IMG/VR virus record: IMGVR_UViG_3300044709_000096 | Coordinates: 1-27,531 of that record | DNA from: a virus | Lineage: Duplodnaviria; Caudoviricetes | Direction: 5' to 3' (one strand) | Length of the DNA: 27,531 bases | Shown here: positions 15,264 to 23,255 of the stretch, piece by piece | How the letters are laid out: every line of letters begins with the position of its first letter | Position numbering within the stretch: the stretch's first letter is position 1 | Notes under the pieces: generated by a model | The model's database searches: none | Told to the model about the DNA's origin: nothing | Seen by the model: the letters and a program-made list of their open reading frames with translations, nothing else | Program-made: the position numbers and the translations under genes

Positions 15264-15529
15264 GCGAACACACACCGGGACCGTGGACGTTCTCGGCGGA
15301 TTACGACGAACGGTCGCACGACTACAACTGGGATGTCGTGTCGCAAGACCACGCCCACTACGTCTGTGAGGTCTACAGCAACCTTGGCGACGCCCGCCTC
15401 ATCGCCGCGGCGCCAGACCTACTAGCGGCGTTGGAGCAGATCGCGGACCTTCGCGCCAGCATCATCGCCGCTCGGACCATCGCCACCATCGCCATCGCCA
15501 AGGCCAAGGGAACCGAGGTCCCAGCCTGA
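15260..15529 (+). CDS. Conserved phage protein (HTPGPW...ARLIAAAPDLL family)
   Basis: Both hallmark motifs are present. Confidence 0.8.
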   Translation: MSEHTPGPWTFSADYDERSHDYNWDVVSQDHAHYVCEVYSNLGDARLIAAAPDLLAALEQIADLRASIIAARTIATIAIAKAKGTEVPA

Positions 15530-15774
15530 TGCCGGGCCGCATCGAAGGCACGCCACGCTGGCCGAAGTGCTCGCTCTGCGGCGGCGTGGACCTGGGGAAC
15601 TTCGGCGTGATCCAGCACAAGCGCGATTGCCCGAGTTACCCATGTGTGTTCTGTCACCTCGAGGTCATGCCGGGGGAGAAGCGCACGCTCTACGAAGGTG
15701 CCACGGCGCACTACGACTGCGCGGCGGACTTCGAGCTCGACCGGATCGAGGACCAGGAGGCGCGGCGTGCCTGA
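15529..15774 (+). CDS. Cys/His-rich Zn-binding protein
   Basis: CxxC...H..C...CxxC...HxxC; TGATG overlap. Confidence 0.65.
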   Translation: MPGRIEGTPRWPKCSLCGGVDLGNFGVIQHKRDCPSYPCVFCHLEVMPGEKRTLYEGATAHYDCAADFELDRIEDQEARRA

Positions 15775-16621
15775 GGACGTGTTCGCGCCGACCACGGGCA
15801 TCTTCGCCACCGACAAGATGGTGCGCGACTGGCTCCGCAAGCCGTTCAAGCCGGAGCAGATAGGACGCATCCCGGCGAGCAAGGGACGGCCGGCGTTGGA
15901 CTTCGTCGGCCACGCCGCCGTCACCGACCGCCTGAACCGCATCGCACCGGACTGGACCTACACCGTGGACAACATGAGCAGCATCGGCGACCAGGTCTGG
16001 ATCCGCGGCACCATGACCATCGGCGGCATCTCCCGTCCCGAGTTCGGTGACGGCGCCGACCCGAAGGAAGCCATCGGCAACTTCATCCGCCGCGGCGCGA
16101 TGCGCTTCGGCGTGGCAATCGACCTATGGAGTCGTGAGGAACTTGAAGCGTCCCCGGCCGCCGGACCAGCGCAGGCCGTCACTCCTAGCGCAGGCGTAGC
16201 GACCAAAGGTGAGGCTGCTCTTGCGAGTACCGGCCCCTCACCTGCCGGGGAGACCGTACCGCCGACCGGTACAACCGAGCGGTTAGGGGAAGGTCGCTCG
16301 GACCCGGTCGGCGGTGCATCGTCGGCGCCCCTTGCGGGAGACAGCGCCGATACCGCGAGCGCCGGGACGGAGGATGTTTCCTCCCTGAAACCTCCACACC
16401 CCGTCCCGGCGACTCGCACCTTCCCCGTCGATCCGGCGGCGTGCGATCACAAGACTCAGGCCGGCCGATGGGTCAAGTGGGTCCGGTGGGAGAACGTCAG
16501 CTCCGACGGCACGGAAATCGTCCCCAACGGGACACCGGGCAGTCGCGAGGTCTGTCCCAAATGCGGCACGCCGAAGCTGATCGCGATGGAGTCGACGAAC
16601 GCGGATCTGGGGGCGGCTTAG
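15767..16621 (+). CDS. Rad52/Sak-like single-strand annealing protein
   Basis: LRKPF..EQIG, LDFVGHAAVTDRL...PDW, KEAIG..IRR.AMRFGVA.DLW; GTG after AGGAGG; low-complexity linker and C-terminal Zn ribbon. Confidence 0.85.
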   Translation: MPEDVFAPTTGIFATDKMVRDWLRKPFKPEQIGRIPASKGRPALDFVGHAAVTDRLNRIAPDWTYTVDNMSSIGDQVWIRGTMTIGGISRPEFGDGADPKEAIGNFIRRGAMRFGVAIDLWSREELEASPAAGPAQAVTPSAGVATKGEAALASTGPSPAGETVPPTGTTERLGEGRSDPVGGASSAPLAGDSADTASAGTEDVSSLKPPHPVPATRTFPVDPAACDHKTQAGRWVKWVRWENVSSDGTEIVPNGTPGSREVCPKCGTPKLIAMESTNADLGAA

Positions 16622-16819
16622 ATGTTCACCTACATGCCTCCGCGGTTCTACGGCGGCGCCAACGTGACGCTCGTCACCGGTGAAATCGAGGTCATCACCA
16701 AGGGCTGCACCCTCCTCATCGAAGGGCTGCTGGTCGACGCCGATGACTTCGGCCCTGAGGCCGAGCGCGAGCGCTTCATCCCCTGGGTCCACATCCGCCA
16801 GGTGGTGAAGCGACCGTGA
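16622..16819 (+). CDS. Hypothetical protein
   Basis: Abuts the previous stop; GTGA overlap with the next gene. Confidence 0.6.
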   Translation: MFTYMPPRFYGGANVTLVTGEIEVITKGCTLLIEGLLVDADDFGPEAERERFIPWVHIRQVVKRP

Positions 16820-17019
16820 AAGGACTCTGCGAACACACCGACCACATCGGCGACAGGTTAGTAGACCGCCGAGACCTCACCGAACGCCGCCTCGAGTTCC
16901 GCGACCTCACCTCGCAGAATCGGTATCGAACGAAGGTCCTGGACAGGACGTGCAAAGCCTGTGTCCGGCGTGAGCTCGCCGAGCCGGCCGATCCACGTCA
17001 GGCGGCGCTGTCGCTGTGA
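16816..17019 (+). CDS. Hypothetical protein (C..H...CxxC)
   Basis: GTGA overlaps on both sides. Confidence 0.6.
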   Translation: MKGLCEHTDHIGDRLVDRRDLTERRLEFRDLTSQNRYRTKVLDRTCKACVRRELAEPADPRQAALSL

Positions 17020-17399
17020 GCCTCTCCTGTCCTCACTGCGGAGGCGAGGTACACGTCTCGCTGAGCCCGGCGCCTACGACCGACAACGAGATCGCACGGC
17101 GGTTGCTCGAGAAGCAGCGACCCTGGTCCGTCGTCGGAGCCGATGATAGGGCAGGGCAGTTGGCATATCGGCGGAAGCCGGTGGTCTACGCGCTGCTTGG
17201 CGACCGCGACGAACTGCTCTACATCGGAAAGTCCCAGGAACCGACCTGGCGGTGGCAGCAGCATCGACGGCTGCGCCCATGGTGGGACGCCGTGCAGCAG
17301 ATCGCCGTGCTGGTGATGAGCGACAGCCGCTCGGCGTATGTCACCGAGCAGCGTCTGATCCGGCAGCTCCAACCTCAACACAACATCCAGGGGCGCTGA
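17016..17399 (+). CDS. GIY-YIG nuclease family protein
   Basis: VVYAL...LLYIGKS...RWQQH...E..LI....P.HN. Confidence 0.85.
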   Translation: MSLSCPHCGGEVHVSLSPAPTTDNEIARRLLEKQRPWSVVGADDRAGQLAYRRKPVVYALLGDRDELLYIGKSQEPTWRWQQHRRLRPWWDAVQQIAVLVMSDSRSAYVTEQRLIRQLQPQHNIQGR

Positions 17400-18061
17400 T
17401 GGGCTGGGTCAAGCTCGACGACGGCTTCCCGACCCATCCGAAGGTGGTCGGCCTATCCCTCGAGGCTCGCTGGGCGTACATCGAGAGCCTCTGCTACGCC
17501 GCGAAGTACGAGACCGATGGAGTGATCCCGGACGTTGTAGCGCCGAACGGATTGGTTCGCGAGGCTCTCCTCGCTGCTGGTCTGTGGGAGAGCGGAAGCG
17601 CGGCAGTCCAGGTCCATGACTTTCTGGTCTACAACCCTTCCAAATCCGAGAAGGAACGGAAACGAAACGTTTCTCGCACGGTTCGAGCATCCCGTGAAGG
17701 GGAGGGGATTGGGGAGGTTGCAGGGGGTGGGGGTCTGGGGGAGGGGGAGTCTGCCTTCGCCGCGTTCTGGGCTGCCTATCCACGCAAGGTCGGCAAGCCG
17801 CGTGCTCGAGTCGCGTTCCTGAACGCGATCCGCCGCGTCTCGGCTGAGGCCATCATCGCCGGCGCGAAGCGGTACGCCGAGGACCCCAACCGCTCGGACG
17901 AGTTCACGGCGCACCCGACGACGTGGATCCACCGCGACGGCTGGGAGGACCCACCGGAGCCTCCCCGATCGCAGCGCGGCGCTCGGCGCCCGCCCGACCC
18001 GCCGCGTCCCTACGACCCCGCGCTCGCCGAGATCGAGATCGAGAGGGCACGCCGTGGCTGA
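17399..18061 (+). CDS. Replication initiator protein
   Basis: MGWVKLDDGFPTHPK N-terminus, 'HDFL.YNPS', and C-terminal 'F..FW.AYPRKVGK...HPTTW....WED' domain. Confidence 0.85.
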   Translation: MGWVKLDDGFPTHPKVVGLSLEARWAYIESLCYAAKYETDGVIPDVVAPNGLVREALLAAGLWESGSAAVQVHDFLVYNPSKSEKERKRNVSRTVRASREGEGIGEVAGGGGLGEGESAFAAFWAAYPRKVGKPRARVAFLNAIRRVSAEAIIAGAKRYAEDPNRSDEFTAHPTTWIHRDGWEDPPEPPRSQRGARRPPDPPRPYDPALAEIEIERARRG

Positions 18062-18302
18062 GCTCACCTTCGCCGAACGGGTCGACGACGCCATCCTGGT
18101 CGGCGCGTTCCGCCTGGCCCGTCTCCGCGGACTACCGCTCCGCGCCGGCCTCAAGGACTTCCGCGAGACCTGCGTCGAGAACGTCTCCCTCGAGGACGAC
18201 ACGATCTGGGGCCTCCGAGTGGACCGCTGCAACGCGCTCCTGTTCCGCGAGGACGACGAGCTCCGGCACATGGCGATGGTCGCGTTGGAGCGTGAGAAGT
18301 GA
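18054..18302 (+). CDS. Hypothetical protein
   Basis: Coupled to neighbours; typical codon usage. Confidence 0.65.
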   Translation: MAELTFAERVDDAILVGAFRLARLRGLPLRAGLKDFRETCVENVSLEDDTIWGLRVDRCNALLFREDDELRHMAMVALEREK

Positions 18303-18484
18303 GCGCGCTGGTCGAGATCGACCCCAACCATCCCTGCGACCGCTGTGGGCATCGCTCGAACCAACACGCGCTCCCGGTCGCCGGTTCGGCCTGCGCCGTG
18401 GTCGAACGCTATGCGCCGGGGACCAACCGAGCCATCCGGTGTTTCTGTGATGGCTACTTCCCGATCCAGACGAGGTCGGCGTGA
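18299..18484 (+). CDS. Small Zn-binding protein
   Basis: CDRCGH...H...C...CFC; GTGA overlaps. Confidence 0.65.
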   Translation: MSALVEIDPNHPCDRCGHRSNQHALPVAGSACAVVERYAPGTNRAIRCFCDGYFPIQTRSA

Positions 18485-19119
18485 GGGTACTCGATCTGTT
18501 CGCCGGTCTCGGAGGCTGGTCGGCGCCGTTCGCCGAACGCGGTCACGAGGTCGTGACGGTGGATGTGGAACCGACGTTCGGCGCGACGCTGACAGCAGAT
18601 GTGCTTTCGGTGGGTCCTCACTTCGGACGGTTCGATGTCGTGCTCGCATCACCGCCCTGCGAGTCGTTCTCGGTCGCGAGCATCGGGACGCACTGGATGG
18701 GAGGACTCAGGGCCTACGAGCCTCGCACGGCCCAGGCGCATACGGCGATAGCTCTGGTTCACTGGACCCTCGCGGCGATCGAGTGTATGCGCCCGTCGGT
18801 CGCGATCATCGAGAACCCGCGCGGGATGCTGCGCCGTCTCGGCATCCTGGATCGCTACGAGCGGGTGACGGTCACCTACTGCCAGTACGGCGACACGTCG
18901 ATGAAGCCGACCGACCTATGGGGTCTGCCCTTCCCTGCGTCGTGGCAGCCACGAGCGATGTGCCGCAACGGTGCGTCGTGCCATGAGTCGGCTCCGCGTG
19001 GTGCGAAGACCGGAACCCAAGGCAAGGTCGGCGCCGCGGAGCGAGCAGTCATCCCGTACGAGCTCGCGCTGTCCGTGTGTCTCGCTGCCGAACGTGACGC
19101 GACGAGGGCGATCGCGTGA
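18481..19119 (+). CDS. DNA cytosine-C5 methyltransferase (short, orphan)
   Basis: Motif I LDLFAGLGG, motif IV SPPC, motif VI IENP, 'YCQYG...KPT'. Confidence 0.88.
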   Translation: MRVLDLFAGLGGWSAPFAERGHEVVTVDVEPTFGATLTADVLSVGPHFGRFDVVLASPPCESFSVASIGTHWMGGLRAYEPRTAQAHTAIALVHWTLAAIECMRPSVAIIENPRGMLRRLGILDRYERVTVTYCQYGDTSMKPTDLWGLPFPASWQPRAMCRNGASCHESAPRGAKTGTQGKVGAAERAVIPYELALSVCLAAERDATRAIA

Positions 19120-19424
19120 AGCGCTCAGCCGCCGACATCAGGTTCTCGCGCCAGATCCGCGAACGCGACCACTGGACCTGCCAGCGTTGCAAGCAACGTC
19201 ACGCCGAGAACTCCCGAGGGCTGCATTGCGCGCATATGTTCACCCGAAGGACCGGCGCGACCAGGTTCGACCCGGACAATGCCTGTGCTCTTGACTACGG
19301 ATGCCACCAATACCTGGATTCGCACCCGGCCGAGAAGCTCGCGTTCTTCAGGGCGCTGTTGGGTGACGAACGCTTCGACGCTCTGGCGGCGAGGTCACAC
19401 GCGAAGCGGGATCGAGTCGCATGA
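19116..19424 (+). CDS. NinG/Rap-like HNH nuclease
   Basis: FS..IRERD..TCQRC...LHCAH...R...TRFD.DN..AL...CH. Confidence 0.8.
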   Translation: MKRSAADIRFSRQIRERDHWTCQRCKQRHAENSRGLHCAHMFTRRTGATRFDPDNACALDYGCHQYLDSHPAEKLAFFRALLGDERFDALAARSHAKRDRVA

Positions 19425-19657
19425 CCCTTCTCGCCAACCCTCCGTTGCCTCGTCCGCGTCTCCCTCGAGCCCTACGTTCCCCCTACGCCACCATGCACGC
19501 CGTCCGCGAAGGAGCCTTCAGGTACGGCTTCCGAGTGACGGTCTGCGGCCAGATCGCCGAACGAGTGAGCGGTTGGGACCAACGCATCCGCTACGCCGAG
19601 ATCGACTGCGGCACGTGTCTGCGTGTCCTGAGCCTGCGAGGTGATGCCGTTCGTTGA
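19421..19657 (+). CDS. Small Zn-finger protein
   Basis: MH...TVCG...CGTC; ATGA overlap. Confidence 0.6.
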   Translation: MTLLANPPLPRPRLPRALRSPYATMHAVREGAFRYGFRVTVCGQIAERVSGWDQRIRYAEIDCGTCLRVLSLRGDAVR

Positions 19658-19720
19658 CGCCCGGATAGGCGCGCCGTTCCGAAGGACGGCCAACACCAAC
19701 GAAGGGAAGAAGGAACCGTC

Positions 19721-20167
19721 ATGGTCAAGACACTGATGCTCGGAACGCTGCTCGTTCTGGCGGCGTTCTTCTCAAAGACATGGATCACCCAAGCCCAAGC
19801 CGAACCGTCTCACCAACAGGAGATGAGACAGAAACAATGCCGATACCAGTGGATGGATCCGGGAACGTGGACGGCGCGGGAGGAACGGCTGACGACGACG
19901 TGCGTTCTGGCGCGGTGGCCGGTGGACCGTGGGACCTTCGACCGCATCATCAACTGCGAGTCTGGGTGGAACCGTCTGGCCTACAACGCGGCTGGTCCGT
20001 ACGTCGGATTGGGTCAACACGCCCTCTCGTCGTGGAGTGCTCGGGTACGTTCGTACTCACCACCCCTATGGGGCCTTCCTTCCTCGTGGAGGAACAGTAG
20101 GACGATGATCACGGTCACGGCGCGGATGATGCATAGCGTTGGCCTGAGTCCCTGGAGTTGCGCCTGA
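19721..20167 (+). CDS. Secreted lysozyme-fold / lytic transglycosylase-like protein
   Basis: Signal peptide; IINCESG.N..A.N, GLGQ, terminal PWSC. Confidence 0.75.
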   Translation: MVKTLMLGTLLVLAAFFSKTWITQAQAEPSHQQEMRQKQCRYQWMDPGTWTAREERLTTTCVLARWPVDRGTFDRIINCESGWNRLAYNAAGPYVGLGQHALSSWSARVRSYSPPLWGLPSSWRNSRTMITVTARMMHSVGLSPWSCA

Positions 20168-20198
20168 TGGCCCTCAAACACACCAAGGGAGAAGCCTG

Positions 20199-20348
20199 AT
20201 GACCACCGACGAAGGGGGGTTCCAGCAGGACTCCAAGGAGTCTCATCCAGTCCGTCGGCCCGTCCATTCAGCGTATTGCCGTTGCCGCGTCTGTGTGAAA
20301 TACGCCGTCGCTACGATCCAGGCGTATCGACCGAACTGGGGCCGCTGA
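20199..20348 (+). CDS. 49-aa hypothetical protein (H..CxCxxC)
   Basis: ATG after AAGGGAG; fills the gap; not in the ORF track. Confidence 0.5.
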   Translation: MTTDEGGFQQDSKESHPVRRPVHSAYCRCRVCVKYAVATIQAYRPNWGR

Positions 20349-20349
20349 G

Positions 20350-20604
20350 ATGGGAGAGAGGGCGAGCAAGCAGGTATTCCGAGAGGGGGTCCGCGTGCGT
20401 TATCTCTACGGAGACTTGGGTGAAGGCACCATCCTGAGACTCTACAACGGCTATCCCCCGCGTCAGTGGCTTGTCGATTGGGACAACACCGACGAACCAC
20501 TGCCCGCCTTCGAGGAGAACATGGAGCGGTTACCCAGCCAGTCGTTGCCGTTATTGCGCGATGTGGTGGAGCACCGCCGCGCAGGTGCTCGGGGAGAAGC
20601 CTGA
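20350..20604 (+). CDS. Hypothetical protein (possible SH3-like fold)
   Basis: F..G.RV...G.GTI...WLVDWD pattern. Confidence 0.6.
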   Translation: MGERASKQVFREGVRVRYLYGDLGEGTILRLYNGYPPRQWLVDWDNTDEPLPAFEENMERLPSQSLPLLRDVVEHRRAGARGEA

Positions 20605-21215
20605 TGAGTGAGAAGAAGCAGCCAGCGAAGCGCGGGGGCTACCCCGGTTCAGCACCAGCCCAACTCCAGCGGCCTTCCAGTGCTGGCGCAACTTCACATG
20701 GGCTGATGAGTGAGAAGGACATCGAGACGGTGGAGCAGATGCTCGAAGTCGGACGGCTAGAACTCGGCACGGTCGGAGAGCCCGTCTGGTCGCAGGCCAT
20801 CTTCTCGTTCGCTCAGGTCAAGGCAACGATGGCGGCGGACCAGGAGCACATCTTCGAGTTGCAGGAGACCATTTCCCGCCTCGAATCAGCACTCAAGGAG
20901 GCGAGGGAGGAACGAGACGATCTCGCACGACCTCGCTGTGATGCGACCGAGGACCATGTATCGGCCGAGCGCCTACGGGCGGAAATCGAGTTCAAGCGTG
21001 GCCTGCGGTCCGAGATAGCCCGCCTACAAGCACAGGTTCAGGCCGCAATCAGCGTGGACAACATCAAGAACGACGAACTCGCCCGCCTACGTCGTATCGA
21101 GGAAGCGGCGAAGAACTACCTCAATACCTACCCGTACCAGGACACACCGTGGGAGTCAGCCGCAATCGACCTCCGCAACGCCCTCACCGACGCCGAGACC
21201 AAGGGGCCGGCGTGA
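20604..21215 (+). CDS. Coiled-coil hypothetical protein
   Basis: TGATG overlap; alternative start at 20706; heptad-rich. Confidence 0.65.
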   Translation: MSEKKQPAKRGGYPGSAPAQLQRPSSAGATSHGLMSEKDIETVEQMLEVGRLELGTVGEPVWSQAIFSFAQVKATMAADQEHIFELQETISRLESALKEAREERDDLARPRCDATEDHVSAERLRAEIEFKRGLRSEIARLQAQVQAAISVDNIKNDELARLRRIEEAAKNYLNTYPYQDTPWESAAIDLRNALTDAETKGPA

Positions 21216-21628
21216 GCCGCAAGGCCGATCCGTTCCCGCAATCGGTCACGCCGGTCATCCACGCCCTGTGCCGAGACGCCCTCGCCATCGCGCCCATGTA
21301 CATAAGGTTGCACTCCCTCGGATTAGAACCGCCGCGGGGAGAATCCGTCCACGTCTCTGGGGGAGGGGAGAACAACACGCCGGCGAGCCTGGCCGTGGAC
21401 TCTGACCGAGCAAGGTCTCGCAGGGAGTACGCCCGCTGGGTCGCCTCCGAGCTCGCCCGAGCCGCCAAGATCGTAGCCCGCGTGGAGCAGGGCCTGGAGC
21501 GCAACGTCGGCCCCGGTCCCGGATACCGCCAAAGCGTTAGTGTTGGATTCGATGCCATCGTGAGCGTGACCGAGCTGTCGTTCTCCATCGAGCGGCAGGC
21601 CGATCGACTGAAAGCGGGGAACGAGTGA
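21212..21628 (+). CDS. Hypothetical protein, possible late transcription regulator
   Basis: GTGA overlaps; 'VSGGG...TPASLA' linker motif; position at the end of the early operon. Confidence 0.6.
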   Translation: MSRKADPFPQSVTPVIHALCRDALAIAPMYIRLHSLGLEPPRGESVHVSGGGENNTPASLAVDSDRARSRREYARWVASELARAAKIVARVEQGLERNVGPGPGYRQSVSVGFDAIVSVTELSFSIERQADRLKAGNE

Positions 21629-21783
21629 CCTGCCCCGTCTGCGGCAAGCCCCAGATACGCCGACACCGCCACGGCCAGGGAGCCCCCATCCGCTACGGCC
21701 GCTTCGTCGCCGAGCAGGAACGAGCCTGGATCCGTGACCTCCTGAGGCAGGCCAGGCGTCTGAGTGTCGGAGGCTCGGGATAG
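21625..21783 (+). CDS. 52-aa Zn-ribbon protein
   Basis: MTCPVCGKP...; GTGA overlap; not in the ORF track. Confidence 0.5.
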   Translation: MTCPVCGKPQIRRHRHGQGAPIRYGRFVAEQERAWIRDLLRQARRLSVGGSG

Positions 21784-21858
21784 ACTAGGTTCAAGAAATG
21801 CCCCGGCGCTGTTTGCGCAGCCCGGGGCGTGGCCGACAGCCTGTCAGGACTGCCGACA
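21781..21858 (+). promoter_or_regulatory. -10 box and structured leader of the EndoVII gene
   Basis: TAGACT, then hairpin GCCCCGG..GCTG/CAGC..CCGGGGC (21800-21828); GCCGACA occurs twice. Confidence 0.45.
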
Positions 21859-22311
21859 ATGGAGCAACCTAGCATCCCGGGCCTTCCGGCCGAAGCACGC
21901 CGCGTCTGCCCTGGTTGTGCCCGGACCCTGAACGCATCGGACTTCCACCGGGCCAGTCCCTACTGCCGATTCTGTATGAGGTTCCAGTTCGCCTTGCGAC
22001 GCGCGATCAGCTACAAGGGCTGGCTGGCGAAGCAGGACGGCGTTTGCGCTCTGTGCGGTCGTGAACCGTTGCTGGGCAAGCGTCTCGACATCGACCACGT
22101 TCATGTCGCGCCGGACGAGCGGGATGGGTTCGTGGACATCCGAGGGCTGCTGTGCTCGCGCTGCAATCTGCTGGTCGGCGCTCTCGAGTTGCAACCCGAA
22201 CTACTGGATCGGGCTCGGGCCTACCTCGCCGCCCAGCCCACGCGGGTCTATCTCCCGGTCGTGCGGACGAACAGACGGCATCCGGCGGGCTCGCATCGGC
22301 GTAACCGGTGA
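21859..22311 (+). CDS. Endonuclease VII family protein
   Basis: Q.G.CALC...L.IDH.H...IRGLLC..CN...G...L.RA.AYL; N-terminal CxxC..CxxC. Confidence 0.9.
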   Translation: MEQPSIPGLPAEARRVCPGCARTLNASDFHRASPYCRFCMRFQFALRRAISYKGWLAKQDGVCALCGREPLLGKRLDIDHVHVAPDERDGFVDIRGLLCSRCNLLVGALELQPELLDRARAYLAAQPTRVYLPVVRTNRRHPAGSHRRNR

Positions 22312-22336
22312 AACCCCGATAGGGCGTACGACATGC

Positions 22337-22366
22337 TTGATATTCATGCCTGGCCTGTGCTCTAAT
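22337..22366 (+). promoter_or_regulatory. Candidate late promoter
   Basis: TTGATA-18 nt-TCTAAT with extended TG, upstream of the structural cassette. Confidence 0.35.
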
Positions 22367-22442
22367 CACCGTGGATTCGTGTCCCCGGAAGGCATCCAAG
22401 GCGGTCGCTGCGGGTGCCTTCTCTCATTCCGGGGAGGACGCC

Positions 22443-22640
22443 GTGCCCCGACCCATCTCACAACGCGCCAACGCCGCCATGCACGGCTACGAACGCGGCA
22501 GCGTCTTCCAGGGCCTGACCAAGGAACGTCAGCGCGAGTTCCGAGCCTGGCTCGCCGCGTTCAACCGAGACGCCGGCGTGTACGAAGCCCAGCTCGCCGA
22601 TCGAAGGTTCGTTCGCCCACGTCGACCCGCGGAGGTGTGA
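22443..22640 (+). CDS. Hypothetical 65-aa basic protein
   Basis: GTG after GGGGAGG. Confidence 0.65.
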   Translation: MPRPISQRANAAMHGYERGSVFQGLTKERQREFRAWLAAFNRDAGVYEAQLADRRFVRPRRPAEV

Positions 22641-22641
22641 C

Positions 22642-23001
22642 ATCGCCGACGACGTTGCTGTAACCGCCGGGTCAGGGACCGCGATCGCGACCCAGGACCG
22701 CAGCTCCCGCCACTTCCAGCAGATCATCCCAGCTGGCGGGGACACCATCGCATCGGGCCGCGTGAGCGTTACCACCACAGCGGCCGAGGCTATCGCTGCG
22801 AGGTCGAATCGGGTCGGCGTGCATCTGCTCGCGCTGTCGGCGAACACGGACCTGATCGATGTCGGTGATACCAGCACCGCCTCGGGTTCGGACTTCCAGC
22901 TCGCTCCCGGCGCGTACATCTACCTCGCGACTGAGGACGCGATCTGGGCCGACTCGGCGTCGGGGACACAAACGCTCGCGTACGTGGAAATCTTCGATTA
23001 G
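22642..23001 (+). CDS. Virion/fibre-cassette protein (probable ATC start)
   Basis: GGAGG-6 nt-ATC GCC GAC GAC (xADDVAVTAGSGTAIAT..HFQ); beta-rich C-terminus (VG...G..L.PG). Confidence 0.7.
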   Translation: MADDVAVTAGSGTAIATQDRSSRHFQQIIPAGGDTIASGRVSVTTTAAEAIAARSNRVGVHLLALSANTDLIDVGDTSTASGSDFQLAPGAYIYLATEDAIWADSASGTQTLAYVEIFD

Positions 23002-23009
23002 GAGGCTGG

Positions 23010-23255
23010 ATGCCGCTCAACGCCTCGGAACGCAACCAACTGGTCGATGCCTTCTTCAAGTGTTTCGGCGAGGACGCCGGCGTCTCGGCTCGCGCGCTCC
23101 GCTTCATGTCTGACTTCACCGTCGGCACCGTGAATCTGCTCGCCACCGTGCAGACCAGAGCGTTCTTGTGGCAGCCGTTCATCACCTCGGGTCTGTCGAT
23201 CCAGGCGTGGGTTGATGACTTCACCAGGGTCTACAACCTGACGCAGACGACCTGA
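23010..23255 (+). CDS. Hypothetical protein in structural cassette
   Basis: AGGAGG RBS; TGATG overlap with the next gene. Confidence 0.7.
   Translation: MPLNASERNQLVDAFFKCFGEDAGVSARALRFMSDFTVGTVNLLATVQTRAFLWQPFITSGLSIQAWVDDFTRVYNLTQTT

Larger units (their letters stand above)
20187..20717 (+). repeat. Gene-boundary direct repeats
   Basis: GGGAGAAGCCTGATGA at 20187 and 20592; CTGATGAGTGAGAAG at 20601 and 20703. Confidence 0.75.

Noticed and set aside
18481-19424. Restriction-modification pair (methyltransferase plus adjacent HNH)
   Set aside because: The nuclease has NinG-like motifs, and short orphan C5 methyltransferases are common in phage early regions.
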